Positions 57,005 through 64,000 of a DNA stretch of 64,000 bases are shown piece by piece. How positions within the stretch are numbered: position 1 is the first letter of the stretch; every line of letters starts with the position of its first letter. A model generated the notes under the pieces. The model was given only the letters and a program-made list of their open reading frames with translations. It was not told the DNA's origin and ran no database searches. This DNA comes from Pseudomonas aeruginosa PAO1 (GTDB lineage: Bacteria; Pseudomonadota; Gammaproteobacteria; Pseudomonadales; Pseudomonadaceae), in assembly GCF_000006765.1 (NCBI RefSeq), contig NC_002516.2; one strand, given 5' to 3'. The translations under genes were made by a program, and so were the position numbers.

Positions 57005-58381
57005 ATGCACAAGCGACTGAACAAGCTGCTGGTGGCCAATCGCGGCGAGATCGCCGTGCGCATCATCCGCGCCGCGCAGGCACTGGGCATTCCCACGGTA
57101 GCGGTGTGCAGCGAGGCGGATCGCGATTCGCTGGCCGCGCGGCTGGCCGATGAGGTACGCCTGATCGGCCCTGCGCGGGCCGACCGGAGCTACCTGGATA
57201 TCGAGGCGATTCTCATGGCGGCGCGGGAAACCGGTGCCGACTCGATCCATCCCGGCTACGGTTTCCTCTCCGAGAACCCCGCCTTCGCCGAAGCGGTGCA
57301 GGCGGCCGGCCTGGTCTTCGTCGGTCCGGAGGCGCAGACCATCCGCCGCATGGGCGACAAGGCCGAGGCGCGGCGTACCGCGATGGCCGCCGGGGTGCCG
57401 GTGGTGCCGGGCTCGCCCGGCGAGCTGGGCGACCTCGACGCGGCGCTGGCTTGCGCCGAAGAGGTCGGCTATCCGCTGCTGGTCAAGGCCTCCGCCGGCG
57501 GCGGCGGGCGTGGCATCCGTATCGCCCACGACGCCGACGAACTGCGTCGGGAATTCCCCATCGCCCAGCGCGAGGCGCAGGCCGCCTTCGGTTCGCCGGC
57601 GGTGTACCTGGAGCGCTTCATCCGCCAGGCACGGCACATCGAAGTGCAGATCCTCGGCGATGGCGAGCGCGCGGTGCATCTGTTCGAACGCGAATGCTCG
57701 CTGCAGCGGCGGCGCCAGAAGGTCTTCGAGGAGGCACCTTCGGCGGCGCTGGACGGCGCGCAGCGCCAGGCCCTCTGCGAGAGCGCGGTGCGCCTGGCGC
57801 AGAGTCTCGGCTATCGTGGCGCGGGCACCCTGGAATACCTGTTCGACGCGCACAGCGGCGAGTTCTTCTTCATCGAGATGAACACCCGTATCCAGGTCGA
57901 GCATCCGGTCAGCGAGATGGTCACCGGCATCGACCTGGTCCAGGCCATGCTGCGCATCGCCGCCGGCGAGGCGCTGCCCTGGCGCCAGGAGGACATTCGC
58001 CTGAACGGCGCGGCGCTGGAGATGCGGATCAACGCCGAAGATCCGGCGCGCAATTTCTTCCCCAGCCCCGGCACCGTGGAGCGCCTGGAATGGCCGCAGG
58101 GCGAGGGCGTGCGAGTGGACAGCCACCTGTATCCCGGCTACCGGGTGCCGCCGTACTACGATTCGTTGCTGGCCAAGCTGATCGTCCATGGTCGCGACCG
58201 CGACGAAGCGTTCGCCCGCGCGCGCCAGGCGCTGGAGCGCACCGTGCTGGCCGGCATGGCCACTACCCTGCCGCTGCACCGCTGGCTGCTCGCCGATGCG
58301 CGGGTACAGGCCGCGCAGTTCGATACCGCTACCCTGGAAACCTGGCTCGCCGAGCGGACCGCCGCCGCGCAGGAGGTTTGA
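57005..58381 (+). CDS. Biotin carboxylase
   Basis: LLVANRGEIA, GGGGRG, EMNTRIQVEH and YDSLLAK motifs. Confidence 0.93.
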   Translation: MHKRLNKLLVANRGEIAVRIIRAAQALGIPTVAVCSEADRDSLAARLADEVRLIGPARADRSYLDIEAILMAARETGADSIHPGYGFLSENPAFAEAVQAAGLVFVGPEAQTIRRMGDKAEARRTAMAAGVPVVPGSPGELGDLDAALACAEEVGYPLLVKASAGGGGRGIRIAHDADELRREFPIAQREAQAAFGSPAVYLERFIRQARHIEVQILGDGERAVHLFERECSLQRRRQKVFEEAPSAALDGAQRQALCESAVRLAQSLGYRGAGTLEYLFDAHSGEFFFIEMNTRIQVEHPVSEMVTGIDLVQAMLRIAAGEALPWRQEDIRLNGAALEMRINAEDPARNFFPSPGTVERLEWPQGEGVRVDSHLYPGYRVPPYYDSLLAKLIVHGRDRDEAFARARQALERTVLAGMATTLPLHRWLLADARVQAAQFDTATLETWLAERTAAAQEV

Positions 58382-58382
58382 G

Positions 58383-59261
58383 ATGCACGCCAACATCCGC
58401 TACAGCTTCGGCGGCGACGAGCACCTGTTCGCCGAGGTCGCCGAAGCCATGTCGCTGGAAGCCTTCTTTCGCGGCATGGCGATCACCCGCGCGATCGAGG
58501 CCCTGCAATTGCCCGGGGTGCTCGACGTGTGCCTGGCCAACGCCTCGTTCCAGGTCCGCTTCGACCCCGACCGGCTGGCCCCGCAGGCGCTGCTGGAGAC
58601 CGTGCGCGGCCTGGAAGCCGAGGCGGTCGCCGCGCGCAGCATCGAGACGCGTATCGTCGAAGTGCCGGTGTTGTACAACGATCCCTGGACCCACGAGACC
58701 CTGATGCGCTTCCGCGACCGTCACCAGGACCCGGACTCCACCGACCTCGAGTACGCCGCGCGGATCAACGGCTACGCCGACGTGCAGGCGTTCATCCAGG
58801 CGCACAGCGGCACGCCGTGGTTCGTCTCGATGGTCGGTTTCGTCGCCGGCCTGCCGTTCATGTACCAGATGGTCGAGCGCGAACGGCAGTTGCAGGTGCC
58901 CAAGTACCTGCGTCCGCGCATCGACACGCCGAAGCTGACCCTCGGCCACGGCGGTTGCTTCGGCTGCATCTATTCGGTGCGCGGTGCCGGCGGCTATCAG
59001 ATGTTCGGCGTGACTCCGGCGCCGATCTTCGATCCCCGCCAGGGCCTGCCCTATCTCGAGGAATCTATGGTGTTCTTCCGCGCTGGCGACATCGTCCAGT
59101 TCCGCCCCATCGAGCGGACCGAGTACGAGCACATGGCGGCCGAAGTCGAATCGGGCACATTCGACCTGCGCATCCGTCCGGTGAGTTTCGATCTCGACGC
59201 GTTCCTCGCCGATCCGCGAGGCTGCACGCAACATCTGCAGGAGGTACTGCATGTCGATTAA
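58383..59261 (+). CDS. PxpB/KipI-like subunit (urea-carboxylase CT, AHS1 domain)
   Basis: VEVPVLY, MVGFVAGLPF and YSVRGAGGYQMFG motifs. Confidence 0.88.
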   Translation: MHANIRYSFGGDEHLFAEVAEAMSLEAFFRGMAITRAIEALQLPGVLDVCLANASFQVRFDPDRLAPQALLETVRGLEAEAVAARSIETRIVEVPVLYNDPWTHETLMRFRDRHQDPDSTDLEYAARINGYADVQAFIQAHSGTPWFVSMVGFVAGLPFMYQMVERERQLQVPKYLRPRIDTPKLTLGHGGCFGCIYSVRGAGGYQMFGVTPAPIFDPRQGLPYLEESMVFFRAGDIVQFRPIERTEYEHMAAEVESGTFDLRIRPVSFDLDAFLADPRGCTQHLQEVLHVD

Positions 59262-60228
59262 GGTGCTCAAGCCCGGCCTCGCCACCTCGGTGCAGGACGC
59301 CGGCCGCGAAGGCCACTATCACCTGGGCATCCCGCCGTCCGGCGCGCTCGACCAGTATGCCCTGCGCGCTGCCAACTTGCTGGTGGGCAACGCACCGACC
59401 GCCGCCGTGTTGGAGTGCGCGCTGCTGGGGCCGCAGCTGGAGTTCCAGCGCGACGCCCTGGTGGCCGTGTGCGGGGCGCGCATGACGCCTCGCCTGGAGG
59501 GCGCGGAGATGCCGCTGGATACTTCCTTCCGGGTTCGCGCCGGCCAGGTCCTGGGGTTCGATTTCATTCGTGCCGGCGCCCGTGGCTATCTCGCCATCGA
59601 CGGCGGCATCGCGGTACCCGAGGTGCTGGGCAGTCGTTCGACCTACGGTCTGGGGGCGATCGGTGGCTTGCAGGGACGACGGCTGGCGGAGGGCGACCTG
59701 CTGCCTCTGGGGCCTGCCTCGCCCTCTGCCGTGGAGGGCTTGGCGCTGCCGCGTTCGCTGCAGGTGGAGGTCGGCGGCGAGGTGAGCTTGCGGGTGGTTC
59801 CCGGACTCTACGTCCATCGCCTGACCCCCGACGCGGTCGAGCGTTTCTTCGCCGAGACCTGGACCGTCGGTTCGGAGGCGGACCGCACCGGCTACCGCTT
59901 CAAGGGCGGCACGGCGCTCCGGTTCGAGCCGCGCGAACAGCCATTCGGCGCAGGCTCGGACCCGTCCAACATCGTCGACGCCTGCTATCCCATCGGCTCG
60001 ATCCAGGTACCGGGCGGGCTCGAACCCATCGTCCTACATCGTGATGCGGTGTCCGGTGGGGGATATGCCACGCTGGGCACGGTGATCAGCCCCGACCTGA
60101 ACCGGCTGGCGCAGATGCAACCGAACCAGAAGGGGCGTTTCGTCGCCGTCAGCCTGGAGGAAGGTCTCGAGGCGCGTCGCCGTTACAACTGGCAAGTGCA
60201 ACGACTCCAGCACTTCTTCCTGCGCTGA
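59251..60228 (+). CDS. PxpC/KipA-like subunit (urea-carboxylase CT, AHS2 domain)
   Basis: TSVQDAGR..GIPPSGALD, EADRTGYR, GSIQVP and D..SGGGY motifs. Confidence 0.88.
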   Translation: MSIKVLKPGLATSVQDAGREGHYHLGIPPSGALDQYALRAANLLVGNAPTAAVLECALLGPQLEFQRDALVAVCGARMTPRLEGAEMPLDTSFRVRAGQVLGFDFIRAGARGYLAIDGGIAVPEVLGSRSTYGLGAIGGLQGRRLAEGDLLPLGPASPSAVEGLALPRSLQVEVGGEVSLRVVPGLYVHRLTPDAVERFFAETWTVGSEADRTGYRFKGGTALRFEPREQPFGAGSDPSNIVDACYPIGSIQVPGGLEPIVLHRDAVSGGGYATLGTVISPDLNRLAQMQPNQKGRFVAVSLEEGLEARRRYNWQVQRLQHFFLR

Positions 60229-60240
60229 GTCGTCGATACC

Positions 60241-60267
60241 GGGCCGCTTCGGTCTGCGAAGCGGCCC
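60241..60267. terminator. Hairpin between convergent operons
   Basis: GGGCCGCTTCG-GTCTG-CGAAGCGGCCC. Confidence 0.7.
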
Positions 60268-60274
60268 CGGGCGG

Positions 60275-61276
60275 TCACTTGTAGTAGACCTCTATCGCGG
60301 CGGTGGCGTTGAAGGGGCCTGGCGTTGGAGTGCCCGTCATCCACCTCACCTGGGCGAGGAAGTTTCTTATGACCACCAATTGGTTCTGGCTATTGGGCAC
60401 CAGTACGAACTCCTTGCCGATATCGATGATGCTGCGGTCTTCCTGCTTGAGAAGTCGGATTCCCACGGACTTGTTGTTGTTATCCAAAAGAGTGTCCGAA
60501 CCCCACAGGGAGGTGCTGCCGGAGGGGAGGAACATCGCGTTCAGGCCATAGGCGCTGCTGCAGTTCTTATTGGCGGTGACGCTGAACGGAAGTTCCTTGA
60601 GGATCTGGTCCCGGCTGGCGAAATAGGCCTGCAGGCTTTGGAAGTCGACGGTTTTCGGAGAAAGGCTGATTGTGGACGCGCAGGCGACGTAGCGAAGGTT
60701 ATTCAAGCCGTGGAGGGTCATGCGGAAGTTGTACCCCCCTATGTTATTGATAGCGCTCTCGCCATCGAACTGGAAAATCGGGTAGGCGTTTACCCCTGTG
60801 ATAGGACCTTCCTTACCGGTACTGGGACCTGCCCGCTTGGAGAGAAAGAAGTTGAAGTTGACGGTCATCTTCTTCGCCCTGCCTTCGCAACCTCGTCCCG
60901 TCCAGCAACCATCGAAGTGCATGCCGATCTCCTTTCGGCACTTGTCGAGTGTCGAGCAGCGCAGGTCTTCGCCGTTCAGGTTGATGCCCACCTCCAGGTC
61001 CGAACCCAGCGCGCCCTGACCGGTTGGACTCAGGTAGAAATAGACCTGCTCTGGCCCCCAGTCGCGATCCTGGAAGCAAGTGATCGATATGGAATAGTTC
61101 GGAGACCGCCAGAGTACGGTGTCCTTGGGGAGGACCGATGGAACAGCGATGCTCGTATCGATGTAGACATAATCTTCGGTTTGCTTGTTGTCCGATTTCC
61201 AGCACATCAAGGCGAAGCTTTTCTGCGACAGGACGAGCAGCATTGCGACAAGCATGTAGCGGATGAAGGCATTCAT
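60275..61276 (-). CDS. Two-domain fimbrial adhesin (chaperone-usher tip type), paralog 2
   Basis: Signal peptide; Cys-rich lectin domain; pilin domain ending ATAAIEVYYK with a penultimate Tyr. Confidence 0.82.
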   Translation of the reverse strand: MNAFIRYMLVAMLLVLSQKSFALMCWKSDNKQTEDYVYIDTSIAVPSVLPKDTVLWRSPNYSISITCFQDRDWGPEQVYFYLSPTGQGALGSDLEVGINLNGEDLRCSTLDKCRKEIGMHFDGCWTGRGCEGRAKKMTVNFNFFLSKRAGPSTGKEGPITGVNAYPIFQFDGESAINNIGGYNFRMTLHGLNNLRYVACASTISLSPKTVDFQSLQAYFASRDQILKELPFSVTANKNCSSAYGLNAMFLPSGSTSLWGSDTLLDNNNKSVGIRLLKQEDRSIIDIGKEFVLVPNSQNQLVVIRNFLAQVRWMTGTPTPGPFNATAAIEVYYK

Positions 61277-61353
61277 GGGGTTCTTCTGCAGGTTGTTAAT
61301 CGATTCTTGTTTTTGCAGAGCATGCCGCGCCTGTTGCAGGTGCGGCCTAGCGG

Positions 61354-62361
61354 TCACTTGTAATAGACCTCTATCGCGGCGGTGGCGTTGAACGGGCCTA
61401 AAATGGGTCTGCTCGTCATCCACCTCAGTTGGGCGAGAAAGTTCTTCGTCACCGTCGTCTGGGTTGGGGTGTAGGGAATGAACTCGAACTCCTTACCGAT
61501 ACTGATGACGCTGCGATCCTCATTGAGGAGCCTGATGCCCACTGTTGGATTGTCCTTGGCCAGCAACGTATCCGTGCTCGACAGGGTGGTATTGCTGGCG
61601 GGAATGAACATAGCGTTCAGGCCATAGGCGCTGTTGCAGCTCTTATTGGCGGTGATGCTGAAGGGAAGTTCTTTGATGACCAGATTCTGTGCGGCAAATT
61701 GCGATTGCAGTATCTGGAAGTTGAGGGTCTTTGGAGAAATGCTTAGCGTGGAGGTGCAGGCGACGTAGCGGAGGTTGTTCATGCCAAGGGCATACATACG
61801 TAGGTTCCGGCCCCCCAGGTTGTTGATGCCTCCCACTCCATCGAACTGGAACAGTGCGTAGGAGTTTACGCCCGTGATGGGACCTTCCTTGCCGGGAGTG
61901 GGGGCGGCGAGTTTGGAGAGGAAGATCTGGAAACGGACCTGCTTGGTCTGAGCCATGCCTTCGCATCCCCCCCGTCCTCCTGTCCAGCAACCATCGAAAT
62001 GCATGCCTATCTTCTGCCGGCAGCCGGGGAGCGAGGAACAACGAAGGTCCTCGCCGTTCAGGTTGATGCCCACCTCCAGGTCCGAGCCCAATGCGCCCTG
62101 GCCGTCCGGACTGAGATAGAAATAGACGTCCTCAGGTCCGGTGTTTTCGCGCTCCTGGTAACACCTGACGGAGAAATCGTAGGTTGGAGAGCGCCAGAGC
62201 ACGGTGTCCTTGGGCAGAGCCGAAGGCACGGCGATGCTCGTGTCGATGTTGACATAGTCGATCGTTGCCTTGTTGTCCGCTCTTTCGCAGGTCAGCGCAT
62301 AACCTTTCTGCGCCAACGCAACCAGCATTCCCACAAGTAGTGTTCGGGTAATTGCATTCAT
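61354..62361 (-). CDS. Two-domain fimbrial adhesin, paralog 1
   Basis: Same architecture; long identical stretches shared with 60275-61276. Confidence 0.82.
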   Translation of the reverse strand: MNAITRTLLVGMLVALAQKGYALTCERADNKATIDYVNIDTSIAVPSALPKDTVLWRSPTYDFSVRCYQERENTGPEDVYFYLSPDGQGALGSDLEVGINLNGEDLRCSSLPGCRQKIGMHFDGCWTGGRGGCEGMAQTKQVRFQIFLSKLAAPTPGKEGPITGVNSYALFQFDGVGGINNLGGRNLRMYALGMNNLRYVACTSTLSISPKTLNFQILQSQFAAQNLVIKELPFSITANKSCNSAYGLNAMFIPASNTTLSSTDTLLAKDNPTVGIRLLNEDRSVISIGKEFEFIPYTPTQTTVTKNFLAQLRWMTSRPILGPFNATAAIEVYYK

Positions 62362-62376
62362 GGTGTATTCCGGGCC

Positions 62377-63120
62377 TCATGGGTGTTTGGCGTTGGTCTC
62401 TACGCCTGATTTCAATGCGCCGTGATAAGGGTGGAGGTTCCCTCCGTCGCTGACGATCGCGTAACGCACTTTGTCGGGATGGCAGGCGGCGATGTCGAAC
62501 TGGTGATTGGAGAAGGGCGCCAGCATCAGGTGTTCGATGGCTTCGCCGCAGCTCCGCTCCGATGCGTCGAGGAACTCCAACTGGCTGAAGGTGATGTGGT
62601 AGGGCGAAGGATTGTGTGCCTTCGGATTGCCGCTGGTGCCGAGCGTCCACGTCACGCCCTCGATCGCCTGCTCGACGGTGGCTTCCAGGGGCGGCCGATA
62701 GAACAGCTTGAAGCGATGGCGTAGGGCGATCTGCAGGGTCTCGGGAGTACTGGGCGCGTGCGGCACGTCCAGCACGCTCAACAGCAGGTAGGTCTCGCGG
62801 TCGGTGGGCAGGCCCTGGCCCTGGTAGAGCACCTCCACCTTGGCCCGCTGGCCGGCGCCCAGGCGGAGCAGCGGCCTGGACACGGCGAAGGGCAGCGCCT
62901 GCCCCTTGCCGTCGGTACCCCAATCCAGGGAGATTTCCGCCAGGGCCGGCTCCTTGCCCTCGTTGACCAGCGTGATCGGCAGGCGCTTGCCTTTCATCAC
63001 GAAACGGTTCTGGCCGTCGAACGAGAGATCGGCATGGGCGGACATGCACAGCCAGGCGAATATCGATGCAAGAACCATCCGAAGCCGACTTCGGACCTGG
63101 AAGAGGCGCTTTCCATTCAT
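62377..63120 (-). CDS. PapD-like periplasmic pilus chaperone (start uncertain; 63078 possible)
   Basis: PFAVSRPLLRL, LPTDRETYLLL, FKLFYRP and NPSPYHITF motifs. Confidence 0.88.
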   Translation of the reverse strand: MNGKRLFQVRSRLRMVLASIFAWLCMSAHADLSFDGQNRFVMKGKRLPITLVNEGKEPALAEISLDWGTDGKGQALPFAVSRPLLRLGAGQRAKVEVLYQGQGLPTDRETYLLLSVLDVPHAPSTPETLQIALRHRFKLFYRPPLEATVEQAIEGVTWTLGTSGNPKAHNPSPYHITFSQLEFLDASERSCGEAIEHLMLAPFSNHQFDIAACHPDKVRYAIVSDGGNLHPYHGALKSGVETNAKHP

Positions 63121-63352
63121 ATTCCTGAATGTGCCCGAATGAAACCCGTATCGTGTTTTGGAAAGTGGTTGGTCGGAAGGGTCGAATATATTTTTCGTTA
63201 TACTTCCGCTGCGCTTTGAATGGCTATATTTAGGGTGGTTGGTTGCGTTCATGGTTCAAGTCTGGATAACTTGTTTTCGTTGCGCACCGCTAGGGTGGCA
63301 AGAGATTCAATGTTTCTCCATGTTAGAAACCTGCCAGGGAATATATAAATAA

Positions 63353-63381
63353 GATATTTCCTATTTCTTGTAGGAAATATC
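63353..63381. promoter_or_regulatory. Inverted repeat in the AT-rich region upstream of the chaperone
   Basis: GATATTTCCTA-N7-TAGGAAATATC. Confidence 0.45.
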
Positions 63382-63515
63382 CTAAGCATTACTTGTAGTT
63401 TTCCGAGGTAGTTGCGCCGTTTCTTCTAGGGAGCCGAATGCCACATAGAGGACGAGGCCGATTGGAGCAGTCGATGACTACTGGCTTCTACATGAATGAT
63501 CAAATATTGATCAGA

Positions 63516-63567
63516 TGTAGTCCTGTGTCCTGGGTTGGGTTGACAGCGTCATACAGCCACTTATGAT
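63516..63567 (+). promoter_or_regulatory. bioB promoter with an overlapping BirA operator
   Basis: TGTAGTCC-N14-GGTTGACA (63516-63545); TTGACA-N16-TATGAT (63540-63567). Confidence 0.7.
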
Positions 63568-63643
63568 GCCCTTGAGCCTGACCCCCGGCGTGCCGGGGCT
63601 CCCCGACAAAAGGCGCCATACAAGCGTCGAAGGAATCTTCCCC

Positions 63644-64000
63644 ATGAGTGCAACCGCTTCCGTCGCCACCCGTCACGACTGGTCCCTCGCCGAAGTCCGT
63701 GCCCTGTTCGAGCAACCGTTCAACGACCTGCTGTTCCAGGCGCAGACGGTGCATCGCGCGCACTTCGACCCGAACCGCGTGCAGGTCTCGACGCTGCTGT
63801 CGATCAAGACCGGCGCCTGCCCCGAGGACTGCAAGTACTGCCCGCAGTCCGGCCACTACAACACCGGCCTGGACAAGGAGAAGCTGATGGAGGTGCAGAA
63901 GGTCCTCGAGGCGGCGGCCGAGGCCAAGGCCATCGGTTCGACCCGCTTCTGCATGGGCGCTGCCTGGAAGCACCCGTCGGCCAAGGACATGCCCTACGTC
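63644..64000 (+). CDS. bioB: Biotin synthase, 5' part only (runs off the window)
   Basis: Manual translation: [34 protein letters not shown]...[19 protein letters not shown] (radical-SAM CxxxCxxC); RBS AAGGA. Confidence 0.96.
   Translation, partial: MSATASVATRHDWSLAEVRALFEQPFNDLLFQAQTVHRAHFDPNRVQVSTLLSIKTGACPEDCKYCPQSGHYNTGLDKEKLMEVQKVLEAAAEAKAIGSTRFCMGAAWKHPSAKDMPYV

Noticed and set aside
55911-60228. Ordinary acetyl-CoA carboxylase accBC or plain pxpABC
   Set aside because: The BCCP lacks the AccB N-terminal region and has MKQ, there is no accA/accD-type carboxyltransferase, and plain 5-oxoprolinase needs no biotin components.

Overview
GC-rich Pseudomonas aeruginosa chromosomal segment. 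From memory, the gene order matches PAO1 PA0441-PA0500; this was not checked against a database. It is mostly core metabolism and regulation: reductive pyrimidine catabolism (dht, pydP, hyuC), glutaryl-CoA (gcdH/gcdR), pit, nfeD-stomatin, dbpA, a cold-shock gene, clpG, creBCD, fiuIRA, glcB, rarD, srkA, modE and comF. It also holds a LamB/biotin-carboxylase operon, an usher-less chaperone plus two adhesins, and the start of bioB. Two non-coding elements stand out. (1) A 690-bp intergenic region (49645-50333) holds at least 13 DnaA boxes (perfect or one mismatch) in modules separated by Fis-consensus sites. It resembles a DARS/datA/DnaA-box-cluster replication-control locus. (2) An IS110-family, IS1111-group element (ISPa11-like, 3829-5200) is inserted into a REP. 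Its downstream non-coding region folds by eye into a two-loop bridge/seek RNA whose four guide segments match the REP target and the circle junction. Several operator-like motifs were also read directly from the sequence: a perfect LexA box at dbpA/csp, a cre-tag-like triple repeat, a sigma54/NtrC/GntR promoter, and Fur, RccR, ModE and BirA boxes. All motif and structure calls are by-eye and untested.
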